DNA of 61,086 nucleotides from an uncultured Gammaproteobacteria bacterium. Its GTDB lineage: Bacteria > Pseudomonadota > Gammaproteobacteria > QNFN01. The translations under genes and the position numbers were made by a program. A model generated the notes under the pieces. The model made no database searches. It was not told where the DNA came from and worked only from the letters and a program-made list of their open reading frames with translations. Below, one piece after another: positions 8,243-17,555 of the stretch. Position 1 is the stretch's first letter, and each line of letters opens with the position of its first letter. The stretch spans positions 1-61,086 of the forward strand of contig CAXMPC010000091.1 of NCBI GenBank assembly GCA_964195335.1, given 5' to 3'.

Positions 8243-8896
8243 CTACTCCGGCAGGTTGATGGTGACGATGTCGTAGCCGGCTTCGCGCAGATCGTCGATG
8301 ACCGCCTGCAGGTCGTCGGCCCGGTAGCGGACGATGGCGATGCGCAGGCCGGTCTCGTCGGGGTGGGTCGGTGAAACAACGGTAACGATCTTTCCGCCAG
8401 CGTGATTCACCGCGGAGAGCAGCCCCGCAAGCATGCCGGGGTCGTCGGGCAGATGTACGGCTATACGCGCGGCGTCGCTCACCTGGCAGCCGGTCACCTC
8501 GAGGAAGAAATCGACCAGGTCGACCCCGGTGATGATGCCGACAAGCTTGTCACCATCGACGATCGGCAGGCAGCCGACACGGCGGTCACGCATCAGGCAG
8601 CCGGCCTGTTCGACCAGCATGTCAGGCGTGGCGGTGATGACGTCGCGGTGCATGATCTGGGCCGCCGTCACCTTTGACAGCAGGTAGTTGACCTCGCCCA
8701 CGTCGAGAGTGGTGATCGATGATGGTTCGGCATGCTGGACGTCGCGATGAGAGACGATACCAACCAACCGGCCGCTGTCATCGACCACCGGCAGGTGGCG
8801 CAGCTTGTGCTCACGCATCAGTTCCGAAAGCCGCGCGAGCTTGGACTGCTCGGTAACGGTCACCATGTCCCTGGTCATGATGCGGTCGACGTACAT
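8243..8896 (-). CDS. CBS-pair plus ACT-like domain protein (AcuB-like)
   Basis: Two CBS repeats (IMTRDMVTV...HLPVVDDSGRLVGIVSHRDV; IMHRDVITA...CLPIVDGDKLVGIITGVDL) and a C-terminal ACT-like segment. Confidence 0.75.
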   Translation of the reverse strand: MYVDRIMTRDMVTVTEQSKLARLSELMREHKLRHLPVVDDSGRLVGIVSHRDVQHAEPSSITTLDVGEVNYLLSKVTAAQIMHRDVITATPDMLVEQAGCLMRDRRVGCLPIVDGDKLVGIITGVDLVDFFLEVTGCQVSDAARIAVHLPDDPGMLAGLLSAVNHAGGKIVTVVSPTHPDETGLRIAIVRYRADDLQAVIDDLREAGYDIVTINLPE

Positions 8897-8962
8897 CTCG
8901 CTTCTCCTCGTGCCCTGTCGGGTTCAAACACGGCCCGCGCCGCGGTTTGCCTCTTGTTATCG

Positions 8963-8981
8963 TTCGGGGTTCAGCCCGACA
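8963..8981. repeat. single REP-like hairpin (GTTCGGGG-TTCA-GCCCGACA), same family as 2527-2576
   Basis: Read from the sequence; lies between the livF stop and the CBS gene start. Confidence 0.5.
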
Positions 8982-8996
8982 CGCCACCTGTGCGCG

Positions 8997-9725
8997 CTAG
9001 TGCCCCAGGTAAGCCTTGCGTACCGCCTCGTCCTCAAGCAACTCTGACGCCGGCGCACCGGTCACCACCTTGCCGGTCTCGAGCACGTAGCCACGGTCGG
9101 CGATCTGCAGTGCCGCACGTGCGTTCTGCTCGACCAGCAGTACCGTGGTGCCGGCCTCATGCAATTCGCGCACGACGCGAAAGATCTCCTCGACCAGCAG
9201 TGGCGCGAGCCCCATCGAAGGTTCATCGAGCAGCAACAGGCGCGGCTTGCCGAGCAGGGCGCGACCTATCGCGAGCATCTGCTGCTGCCCTCCGGAAAGG
9301 TTACCGGCCAGCTGGGCGCGCTTCTCACGCAGGATCGGGAACAGCTCGTAGACATGCTCGATCTGCTCGGTGACCCAGTCGCTATTCCCGCGCTGGCTAT
9401 AACCGCCCAGGAGCAGGTTGTCCTCGACGCTGAGCGGAGCGAACACCTGACGACCTTCGGGCACCTGGCAGATGCCGCGAGTGACGATCTTGTGCGCCGC
9501 CAGGCGCGTGATCTCCTCGCCATCAAAACGGATCGTACCGCCGGTCGCCGCCTGCACGCCGGAGATGGTCCTCAACAGCGTAGTCTTGCCGGCGCCGTTG
9601 GCGCCGACGATGGCGACCAGTTCACCGGGGTGGACCTCCAGCGACACCGCGTGGATCGCCTGGATGGGACCGTAGTGGGAGGCGAGATCGGTGACCTCGA
9701 GCAGCGGCACGTCACTGGACGGCAT
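8997..9725 (-). CDS. livF: branched-chain/hydrophobic-substrate ABC transporter ATP-binding protein (LivF type)
   Basis: Walker A GANGAGKTT, signature LSGGQQQML, Walker B LLLLDEPS. Confidence 0.9.
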   Translation of the reverse strand: MPSSDVPLLEVTDLASHYGPIQAIHAVSLEVHPGELVAIVGANGAGKTTLLRTISGVQAATGGTIRFDGEEITRLAAHKIVTRGICQVPEGRQVFAPLSVEDNLLLGGYSQRGNSDWVTEQIEHVYELFPILREKRAQLAGNLSGGQQQMLAIGRALLGKPRLLLLDEPSMGLAPLLVEEIFRVVRELHEAGTTVLLVEQNARAALQIADRGYVLETGKVVTGAPASELLEDEAVRKAYLGH

Positions 9726-10488
9726 ACTGCACCTCCCCGCCGAGGTAGGCGGCGATCACTTTCGGGTCGTTCTGGATCTCGGTGGTCGTCCCCTCGGCCA
9801 GCCGACTGCCATAATCGAGCACCAGCACGGTGTCGGAGATCTCCATCACCAGGCCCATGTTGTGCTCGACCAGCAGAACGGTGATGCCGCTCTCGCCGAT
9901 ACGCCTGATCAGTTCACGCAGTTCGACCGTCTCGGTGTCGTTGAGTCCGGCGGCCGGCTCGTCCATCAGCAGCAGGCGAGGATTCGCCGCCAGCGCACGG
10001 GCGATCTCGACCCGCTTCAACTCGCCGTAGGGCAGCGCGTCTGCGGGCCGGTCGGCAATGTGTTCAAGACCGCATAAGGTCAGAGCTTCCAGCGCCCAGT
10101 CGCGCACCTGGTGCTCTTCGCGCACCACCCCGGGCAGACGCAGTGCCGCCCGGTAGAGTCCGGTACGGGTGCGCAGGTGGCAACCGACCATGACATTTTC
10201 GAGCACCGTCATGTTGAAGAAGATCTGCAGGTTCTGGAATGTGCGCGAAATCCCCTGCCCGGCAATCCGGTGTGGCGCGAGCCCGACCAGGCTGCCGCCG
10301 TCGAACTCGATCGCGCCGTCGGTTGGCACGTAGACCCCTGAGAGCATGTTGAACAGCGTTGTCTTGCCGGCACCGTTGGGGCCGATGACGGCATAGATCC
10401 CGCCCTCCTCGACGGCGAACGACAGGTCGGCGATGGCGGCGACACCACCGAACGACTTCTCCAGTTCGCGCACCTCGAGCAGGGCCAT
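9712..10488 (-). CDS. livG: ABC transporter ATP-binding protein (LivG type)
   Basis: GPNGAGKTT, LPYGELKRVEIARAL, LLLMDEPAAG. Start moved to ATG 10488 (MALLEVRELEKSFGG), 1 nt after the livM stop. Confidence 0.9.
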   Translation of the reverse strand: MALLEVRELEKSFGGVAAIADLSFAVEEGGIYAVIGPNGAGKTTLFNMLSGVYVPTDGAIEFDGGSLVGLAPHRIAGQGISRTFQNLQIFFNMTVLENVMVGCHLRTRTGLYRAALRLPGVVREEHQVRDWALEALTLCGLEHIADRPADALPYGELKRVEIARALAANPRLLLMDEPAAGLNDTETVELRELIRRIGESGITVLLVEHNMGLVMEISDTVLVLDYGSRLAEGTTTEIQNDPKVIAAYLGGEVQYAVQ

Positions 10489-10489
10489 G

Positions 10490-11470
10490 TCAGTTCTCCG
10501 CGCCGGCCTGGGCCGGTGTCTCACGATGGCGCAGGCGGCGCAGCAGAGACGTGCCGCCATTGATCAGGCCGACGAACAGCCCCTGCGGCAGGAAGATCAT
10601 GATCGACATCAGGATGGTGCCGAAGATCAGCACCTCGTAGTCCTCGAACACGACCAGGACCTGAGGCAACAGCGTCAGCACGATGGCCCCGAATGCGGCG
10701 CCGAAGGTCGACGCCATGCCGCCGAGGACCACCATGGTGACAATCTCAATGGAGACGAAAAAGTCGAATGATACGGGACTGATGAAGTTCTGCTGATGGG
10801 CGAACAGGCTCCCGACGAACGACGCCAGACAGGCCGATAAGACGAAGATTTGGCTCTTGGTGCGGGCGGTATCGATACCCATGGTCTGCGCGGCGATGTC
10901 GGAGCCGTGCACCGCGCGCAGGGCACGGCCGGCGCGCGAGTCGATGATGTTCAGTGACAACAACACCGTCAGCAGCATCACCACGGAGATGACGGCATAC
11001 CAGCGCAGGTCTGTGTCTACTGCCCAGCCGAAGATCTCCAGTCCGGGGATGCCGGACATGCCGTCGGGTCCGCCCGTCCAGTCCACCGTCTGGACCATGA
11101 TGATGTTGACGATGATGCCGAAGCCGAGCGTCGCCATCGCCAGGTAGTGGCCCTTGAGCTTGAGGATCGGGCGTGAAATCAACGTGGCAATGATGTAGAC
11201 GGCCACCAGGCCAGCCCCCATCGCCGGCCACGGGTTCCAGCCGTAGCGGGTGGTCAGGATCGCCGAGGCGTAGGCCCCCATGCCGAAGAAGGCGGCGTGA
11301 CCGAGTGAAATCTGTCCGGCATAGCCGATGAACAGGTTCAGCGCGACGGCCAGGACGATATTGAAACCGATGGTGACGCCGACCACGGTGACGAAGTAGT
11401 TGTCCGGGAACAGCACCGGCATAAGAGCGACCAGCACCGCGAAGGCGAAAAACCCGCGCAGGCGCTTCAA
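10490..11470 (-). CDS. livM: ABC transporter permease (LivM type)
   Basis: NLFIGYAGQISLGHAAFFGMGAY motif. The track N-terminus (to 11551) looks non-protein-like, so I propose TTG 11470 (LKRLRGFFAFAV...). Start is uncertain. Confidence 0.8.
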   Translation of the reverse strand: MKRLRGFFAFAVLVALMPVLFPDNYFVTVVGVTIGFNIVLAVALNLFIGYAGQISLGHAAFFGMGAYASAILTTRYGWNPWPAMGAGLVAVYIIATLISRPILKLKGHYLAMATLGFGIIVNIIMVQTVDWTGGPDGMSGIPGLEIFGWAVDTDLRWYAVISVVMLLTVLLSLNIIDSRAGRALRAVHGSDIAAQTMGIDTARTKSQIFVLSACLASFVGSLFAHQQNFISPVSFDFFVSIEIVTMVVLGGMASTFGAAFGAIVLTLLPQVLVVFEDYEVLIFGTILMSIMIFLPQGLFVGLINGGTSLLRRLRHRETPAQAGAEN

Positions 11471-11708
11471 CCTGAATACCCCGGTTGGACGGGTCGAAGG
11501 GTGCGGGATTCCGGGTGCAGGGCAAGGCGTGACGACGAGGAATGGCCACACCCTTCCGAGGAGTCACAACGCAGCCATGCGCCCGGAAGCCCGTGCAATT
11601 CGGCGCGTAGCGTCCTGACCAGAAGCGATGCGATTGCCATGGTCGCATTCCTCATCTAAGACATGGGCCTCGATGACCCAGCAAAGCGGTCAACCGAGGT
11701 TTTCAGGT

Positions 11709-12584
11709 TCATACGCGGTCGGCCGTCTTGCGCCCAAACAGGCCGCTGGGCTTGAAGATCAACACCAGCAGGACGATGGTGAAGGCGAGCGCATCCTTAT
11801 AGCCAGACGAAATCAATCCGGCGCCGAGCGACTCAAGCACCCCGAGCAGCAAACCACCAGCGACGGCACCCATGGAACTGCCCATGCCGCCGAGGATCGC
11901 TGCGGAGAAGCCCTTGAGACCAAGCATGATGCCGGCGTCGTAGGAGGTGAAGGCAATCGGCGCCACCAGGATCCCGGCAACCGCGCCGAGGAACGCCGAC
12001 ATGCCGTAGGAGACCAGCAACATCAGGCCGACGTTGATCCCCATCAGCTGGGCCGCACTCTTGTTACAGGCGCATGCCAGGATTGCCTTGCCTGTCAGCG
12101 TGCGATCGAAGAACCAGCGCACCGCAATGACCAACACTGCAGCGACGCCCATGACCCAGAGATTCTGCGGCAGCAGCGTTGCGCTGCCGACATGCAGCGT
12201 CTGTTCACCGGAGAAGTGCGGCAACGCAAAGATGTCCTTGCCCCATAGGAGCAGTGCGGCACCGCGCAGGAAGATTGCGGCGCCGATGGTGATGATTATG
12301 GTGGTGATAACCGTCGCCCCACGCGCCGGTTCAATAGCGAACTTGTTGAGGGCCAGGCCAACGCAGGTGGTGAGGGCCACGGCGCCGAGCAGCGCCACGG
12401 GATACGGTGCCCCGGTCGCCAGCAACCAGACCGCGCTCATGGCGCCGATCATCACGAACTCGCCCTGGGCGAAATTCACTACGCCAGAGGCGTTGTAGAT
12501 GATCGCGAACCCGAGCCCGACCAAGGCGTAGGTCGAGCCGACGGTGATGCCGGTGAGCAGGAATTGGAGGATTTGGTCCAGCAT
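11709..12584 (-). CDS. livH: ABC transporter permease (LivH type)
   Basis: 291-aa polytopic protein; N-terminus MLDQILQFLLTGITVGSTYALVGLGFAIIYNASGVVNFAQGEF is typical of LivH. Confidence 0.9.
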   Translation of the reverse strand: MLDQILQFLLTGITVGSTYALVGLGFAIIYNASGVVNFAQGEFVMIGAMSAVWLLATGAPYPVALLGAVALTTCVGLALNKFAIEPARGATVITTIIITIGAAIFLRGAALLLWGKDIFALPHFSGEQTLHVGSATLLPQNLWVMGVAAVLVIAVRWFFDRTLTGKAILACACNKSAAQLMGINVGLMLLVSYGMSAFLGAVAGILVAPIAFTSYDAGIMLGLKGFSAAILGGMGSSMGAVAGGLLLGVLESLGAGLISSGYKDALAFTIVLLVLIFKPSGLFGRKTADRV

Positions 12585-12669
12585 GGCTGAGGCCGGCCGG
12601 AGCGCAGCCTCCCCGCCACCGCGTTACGGCGGCGGCGGCGGGGAACTACGTACCGGAAAGGGCGTGGTC

Positions 12670-13818
12670 CTATTCGACCAGCGTCCAGTCGCCGTTCTTG
12701 ATCTCGAGCATCTTGAAGGCGTCGAGTCCGAGACCCAAGTGGTCCTCGGCGCTCATGTTGAACACGCCGCCGGTGCCGATGAAGCCGCTGGTCTTCTCGA
12801 TTTCGGCGCGGACCTTGGCCTTGTCGGTCGAACCGGCGCGGACGATCGCCTCGAGTGCGATGAACAGGCCGTCGTAGGCGTGACCACCGAAGGTCGAGAC
12901 CGGGCCGTAGGCCGCCTCGTACTTGGTCTTGTAGACCATCAGCACCGCCTTCTGGGGGTCGCTGTCAGGCAGCTTGTCGGCCACCAGCAGCGCGGAGGCC
13001 GGCAGGCGCACCCCGTTGGCGGCGTCACCGGCGAGCTCGATGTACTTCTTCGAGGCGACACCGTGCGACTGGTAAACGGGCACCTTGATGCCAAGTTGGC
13101 GGATATTCTTGGTGACGATCGCCGGACCGGTACCGAAACCGAAGTTCAGAATCGCTTCGGCGTCCGTCGCCCGGATCTTGGTCAGCTGGGCCGTCATGTC
13201 GGTGTCCTTGCCACCGTAGGTCTCGTCGGCGACGATCTTGATCCCGTACTTCGGCGCCAGCGCCAGGCTCTGCGCGCGGCCCGACTTGTCGAAGCCGCCA
13301 CTACCGCTGATCAGCGCGACCTTCTTGATACCGCGCTTGTTCATGTCTTCGAAGATCTTGGCCGCCGCCATACGGTCGGTGTGCGGGGTCTTGAACACCC
13401 ACTTGTTGACCGGCTCGATGATCTTGACGGAACCTGCCAGCGAGATGAACGGCATCCCGGCCTTCTCGACCTCGGGCATTACGGCCATGGTCTCGCCGGA
13501 GGCGGAACCGCCGACGATGACGTCGACCTTGTCACGCTGGATCAACCGCTTGACGAAATCGACCGCCTTCTTCGGATTGGCACCCGAATCGTAGTGGACC
13601 AGTTCAACCTGACGACCCATGAGACCGCCACCGGCATTGATCTCGTCGACGTACATCTGCAGCGTCTTGAGTTCGGGGTCGCCGAGGAAGGACGCCGGGC
13701 CGGTAACGGCGAGGAAGGTTCCAACCTTGATCGGATCGGCGGCCAGCGCCTGACCCATACTGAGAGCAAGGCCCAATACACCGGCCGTAATGCCGGATAT
13801 CCAACGATGAGTTGTCAT
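12670..13818 (-). CDS. periplasmic substrate-binding protein (LivJ/K-like type I PBP); probably binds an aromatic acid, given context
   Basis: Signal peptide MTTHRWISGITAGVLGLALSMGQALA. Start at ATG 13818 with AGGAGGAG upstream. First gene of the liv-type operon, divergent from the pad-like operon. Confidence 0.85.
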   Translation of the reverse strand: MTTHRWISGITAGVLGLALSMGQALAADPIKVGTFLAVTGPASFLGDPELKTLQMYVDEINAGGGLMGRQVELVHYDSGANPKKAVDFVKRLIQRDKVDVIVGGSASGETMAVMPEVEKAGMPFISLAGSVKIIEPVNKWVFKTPHTDRMAAAKIFEDMNKRGIKKVALISGSGGFDKSGRAQSLALAPKYGIKIVADETYGGKDTDMTAQLTKIRATDAEAILNFGFGTGPAIVTKNIRQLGIKVPVYQSHGVASKKYIELAGDAANGVRLPASALLVADKLPDSDPQKAVLMVYKTKYEAAYGPVSTFGGHAYDGLFIALEAIVRAGSTDKAKVRAEIEKTSGFIGTGGVFNMSAEDHLGLGLDAFKMLEIKNGDWTLVE

Positions 13819-13875
13819 GTTTCTCCTCCTGAAGTGGTGACAGACGTTTCCTGGCATGTGCTGCCTGGTTCATCT

Positions 13876-13897
13876 TTTACGTTTACGTAAAGGTCAA
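13876..13897 (-). promoter_or_regulatory. operator copy B (TTTACGTTTACGTAAAGGTCAA; 20/22 match to the had operator) upstream of the ABC operon
   Basis: Direct comparison with 3719-3740. On the reverse strand the outer arm again reads as a -35-like TTGACC. Lies 58 bp upstream of the SBP start codon. Confidence 0.6.
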
Positions 13898-14047
13898 GTG
13901 ACCTGCTACTACTCTATCGACGGCCGACTGGGGACGCAAGATTTATTTCACTGACCAAAACCTATTACAAGACCCACCATCAGTAAGGAACCGGCTTCGA
14001 TGCTCGACATGCATCGAGGCCCCCATGACTGAAATGGTCACTTGTAT

Positions 14048-14069
14048 ATGCGGTTTACGTGAACGTAGA
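14048..14069 (+). promoter_or_regulatory. degenerate operator copy C1 (16/22), overlapping a -35-like TTTACG
   Basis: atgcggTTTACGTgAACGTaga aligned by hand to the 22-mer. Confidence 0.35.
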
Positions 14070-14078
14070 ATGGTCGAT

Positions 14079-14105
14079 TATAATTTACGCTTACGTAAAC
14101 GTCAT
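14079..14105 (+). promoter_or_regulatory. -10-like TATAAT (14079-14084) abutting operator copy C2 (TTTACGCTTACGTAAACGTCAT; 19/22) upstream of padB-like
   Basis: Direct comparison with 3719-3740; lies 71 bp upstream of the padB-like ATG. Confidence 0.55.
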
Positions 14106-14175
14106 GTAGCCATCCGACTGGCAAAGACACCGAAGCCGGCCAGCCTCTTGGCGGCCGGATGATCAGGACAGCGCT

Positions 14176-16911
14176 ATGAGCACTCAAAGTGACGAAACGA
14201 CCAAGAAGGTCCCTACCTACTGCTACCAGTGCGTAGCGGGACCCGACCTGCTGACGGTCAAGGTGGTCGACGGTGTCGCCACCGAGGTCGAACCGAATTT
14301 CAAGGCCGCCGAGGTCACCCCGTCGGCCGGCAAGGTGTGCGTCAAGGCGTTCGGCCTGCTGCAGAAGATGTACAACCCGAACCGCATCACGACGCCGATG
14401 AAGCGCACCAACCCGAAAAAGGGGCGCGACCAGGACCCGGGCTTTGTTCCGATCTCGTGGGACGAGGCACTCGACACCATCGCCGAGCGTCTCCACGACG
14501 TGCAGGCCAAGGGGCCGAACGATGATTCAGGCTACCCACGTATCGCCGCGAGCTTCGGCGGTGGCGGCACGCCGACCTACTACATGGGCACACTGCCGGC
14601 ATTCCTCGCCTCGATCGGGCCGATCGACTTCAGTTTCGGCAGTGGCCAGGGCGTCAAGTGCTACCACTCCGAGCATCTCTACGGCGAGCTCTGGCACCGC
14701 GCCTTCACGGTGGCGCCGGACACGCCAAATACCGAATTCATCCTTTCGTTCGGCTACAACGTCGAGGCCTCGGGCGGCGTCTGCGGCGTCAAGCGCCACG
14801 CCGACGCCCGTGCGCGTGGCGCCAAGCGGGTGCAGATCGAGCCACACCTGTCGGTGACCGGCGCCTGTTCTGCCGAGTGGGTGCCGATCAAGCCCAAGAC
14901 CGATGCCGCGTTCATGATGGGGCTGCTCCACGTGCTGCTCCACGAGCAGCGCAAGCGGCTCGACATCCCGTTCCTGAAACAGCGCACCACGTCGCCCTAC
15001 CTGGTCGCACCGAACGGCTTCTACCTGCGTGATCCCGAAACCCGCAAGCCGCTGATCTATGACCTCAACAGCAAGCGCGCCGTGCCCTTCGACACGCCTG
15101 ATACCGACCCGGCACTGGAGGGTACCTTCAAGGTCTCCGGCATCGAGATCGGCGCCGACACCGACGCCTGGGAACACCGCCAGGAAAAGGTCATTCCGGC
15201 ATTCCAGAAACTGATCGATCACGTGGAGCCCTATACCCCGTTGTGGGCCGGGCGCATCTGCGACGTTCATCACAAGGTGATCCGCCGCCTGGCGCTGGAG
15301 TTCCTCGACCACGCCCATGTCGGCGAAACAGTCGAGATCGAGGGTCGCACGCTCCCCTACCGACCGGTGTCGATCGCCCTCGGCAAGACCGTCAATAACG
15401 GCTGGGGCGGTTTCGTCTGCTGCTGGGCACGTACGTTGATGGCCTGCCTGGTCGTCGCGCTCGAGGTTCCGGGCGGCACCCTCGGCACCACGGTCAGGCT
15501 GAACCGTCCCGCGACCGACCGCGCCCTCAGCGTCAAGCCGCACCCGGACGGGTACATGGACTACCCGATGAATCCGACCGACCCGGAGAACTGGCTCGCC
15601 AAGCCGGATGTCCGCAACGCCAACCGCACGTTGATCCCGCTGGTCGCCAACTCGCCCTGGAGCCAGGCGTTGGGACCGACCCACCTGGCGTGGATGCAGC
15701 AGCAGGAGGCACCCGAGCACTGGCCGCAGGCGACCCCACCGGACCTCTGGTTCGTCTACCGCACCAACCCGGCGATCTCGTTCTGGGACACCCAACAGAT
15801 CACCGAAGTGATGGCCCGCTTCCCGTTCACGGTCTGCTTCGCGTTGACCCGCGACGAGACCAACCATTTCGCCGACATCCTGCTGCCGGATCGTACCGAC
15901 CTCGAAGGACTGCAGTTGATCCGCGTCGGCGGCACCAAGTTCATCGAACAGTTCTGGGACTACCAGGGGTTCGCGTTGCGTCAGCCGGTGGTCGAGGCCC
16001 AAGGTGATGCACGCGACCTTACCTGGGTCGCGACCGAACTGGCGAGTCGCAGTGGGGTGCTGGACAAGTACAACAAGGCGATCAACCGCGGTGCCGCCGG
16101 TGTGCCGCTGAAGGGCGAGAACTACGACTTCACGCTCGATCCCGCCGAAACCCACAGTGTCGAAGCCATCTGGGACGCGACCTGCAAGGCCGCGAGCGCC
16201 GAAATCACCGACGGCGCCGAGGAACAGGGGCTCGACTGGTACAAGGAGAACGGCTTCCGGCTCGCCGATTTCCCGCGCCTTAAGTGGTACCTCTACACCG
16301 AGATCGAGGACCAGGGATTACGCTTCGAAATGCCCTACCAGGAACGACTGATGCGCGTCGGCAAGGAACTCGGCCGGCGCCTGCACGAGCAGGGCATCAG
16401 CTGGTGGGACGAGCAACTCGAGGAATATGACCCGCTGCCCGAATACAAGAACTACCCCGAGGTGTGGGAAAAGGCGCTCGAGCGCAACTTCGATGTCGAT
16501 ATTCGCGATTTCCCGTTCTGGGCCATCACCGCGCGCAGCATGCAGTACGCCTGGGGCAGTAATGCGGGCATCCAGTTGATGCGCGAAGTAGCCGAGAACG
16601 TCAGCGGTCACGGTGGCATCGTGATCAACAGCAACACGGTGGCCGAACTGGGGCTCACCGATGGCGACCTGGTCGAGATCCGCTCACCACTCAACGTCAC
16701 CCGCGGTCGCGTGGAAGCACGCCAGGGGATTCGCCCTGACACGGTACTGATGATCGGCCAGTTCGAGCACTGGGCGACACCGTTCGCCAAGGATCTTGAA
16801 CTGCCGAGCCTCAACAAGCTGGTGCCGATGCTTCTTGACCTGACCGATTCGACCGGATCGGGCTCCGACCTGGTGCGGGTCAGCATCAAGCGCGTGGAGA
16901 ACGCCCGATGA
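14176..16911 (+). CDS. padB: molybdopterin (DMSO-reductase family) oxidoreductase, large subunit, no Tat signal; PadB-like (phenylacetyl-CoA:acceptor oxidoreductase candidate)
   Basis: 911 aa. The N-terminus MSTQSDETTKKVPTYCYQCVAGPD has a Cys-x2-Cys motif but no twin-arginine leader. Followed by 4x[4Fe-4S] and membrane-anchor subunits, with paaK in the same cluster. Subunit sizes fit the reported ~93/27/26 kDa enzyme. Confidence 0.6.
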   Translation: MSTQSDETTKKVPTYCYQCVAGPDLLTVKVVDGVATEVEPNFKAAEVTPSAGKVCVKAFGLLQKMYNPNRITTPMKRTNPKKGRDQDPGFVPISWDEALDTIAERLHDVQAKGPNDDSGYPRIAASFGGGGTPTYYMGTLPAFLASIGPIDFSFGSGQGVKCYHSEHLYGELWHRAFTVAPDTPNTEFILSFGYNVEASGGVCGVKRHADARARGAKRVQIEPHLSVTGACSAEWVPIKPKTDAAFMMGLLHVLLHEQRKRLDIPFLKQRTTSPYLVAPNGFYLRDPETRKPLIYDLNSKRAVPFDTPDTDPALEGTFKVSGIEIGADTDAWEHRQEKVIPAFQKLIDHVEPYTPLWAGRICDVHHKVIRRLALEFLDHAHVGETVEIEGRTLPYRPVSIALGKTVNNGWGGFVCCWARTLMACLVVALEVPGGTLGTTVRLNRPATDRALSVKPHPDGYMDYPMNPTDPENWLAKPDVRNANRTLIPLVANSPWSQALGPTHLAWMQQQEAPEHWPQATPPDLWFVYRTNPAISFWDTQQITEVMARFPFTVCFALTRDETNHFADILLPDRTDLEGLQLIRVGGTKFIEQFWDYQGFALRQPVVEAQGDARDLTWVATELASRSGVLDKYNKAINRGAAGVPLKGENYDFTLDPAETHSVEAIWDATCKAASAEITDGAEEQGLDWYKENGFRLADFPRLKWYLYTEIEDQGLRFEMPYQERLMRVGKELGRRLHEQGISWWDEQLEEYDPLPEYKNYPEVWEKALERNFDVDIRDFPFWAITARSMQYAWGSNAGIQLMREVAENVSGHGGIVINSNTVAELGLTDGDLVEIRSPLNVTRGRVEARQGIRPDTVLMIGQFEHWATPFAKDLELPSLNKLVPMLLDLTDSTGSGSDLVRVSIKRVENAR

Positions 16912-17555
16912 CCCGCTACGTCATGGTCGCCGACCTCGAACGCTGCGTCGGCTGCCAGACCTGCACGGCGGCCTGCAAGCACACCAATGCCACCGCCCCT
17001 GGAGTGCAGTGGCGCAAGGTCCTCGACATGGAGGTCGGCGCCTACCCGGATGTGCGCCGCGCCTTCGTACCGGTCGGCTGCATGCACTGCGCCGACCCGC
17101 CATGCATGCACGTCTGCCCGTCGACCGCGACCGGCCAGCGTCCCGACGGCCTGGTCACCATCGACTACGACCTCTGCATCGGCTGCACCTACTGCGCCGT
17201 CGCCTGCCCATACCAGGCGCGTTACATGATCGAGAAACCGAACAAGGCCTTCGCCAAGGGGCGCATGCGTAACGAATTCCAGCGTGAGGAGCCAGAACGG
17301 CGTGGCGTGGCGCAGAAGTGCACCTTCTGTGTCGACCGCATCGACTACGGTCACGCCAACGGCCTGACGCCCGGCATCGACCCGGCGGCGACCCCGGCCT
17401 GCGTCAACGCCTGCATCGCCAGCGCACTGCAATTCGGCGACATCGAGGATCCGCAGAGCAACGTCAGTCAGCTGCTGGCCGATCACAAGCATTTCCGGAT
17501 GCACGAAGAGCTCGGCACCGAGCCTGGCTTCTATTACCTGTGGGAGGACGTATGA
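16908..17555 (+). CDS. padC: 4Fe-4S ferredoxin-type electron-transfer subunit (DmsB/PadC-like)
   Basis: Four Cys clusters (CVGCQTCTAACK, CMHCADPPCMHVCP, CIGCTYCAVACP, CTFC...CVNAC). 4-nt overlap with padB. Confidence 0.75.
   Translation: MTRYVMVADLERCVGCQTCTAACKHTNATAPGVQWRKVLDMEVGAYPDVRRAFVPVGCMHCADPPCMHVCPSTATGQRPDGLVTIDYDLCIGCTYCAVACPYQARYMIEKPNKAFAKGRMRNEFQREEPERRGVAQKCTFCVDRIDYGHANGLTPGIDPAATPACVNACIASALQFGDIEDPQSNVSQLLADHKHFRMHEELGTEPGFYYLWEDV

Noticed and set aside
14527-16155. 542-aa reverse ORF inside padB-like
   Set aside because: Antisense shadow ORF with no recognisable domain; the forward frame encodes a coherent molybdopterin enzyme.
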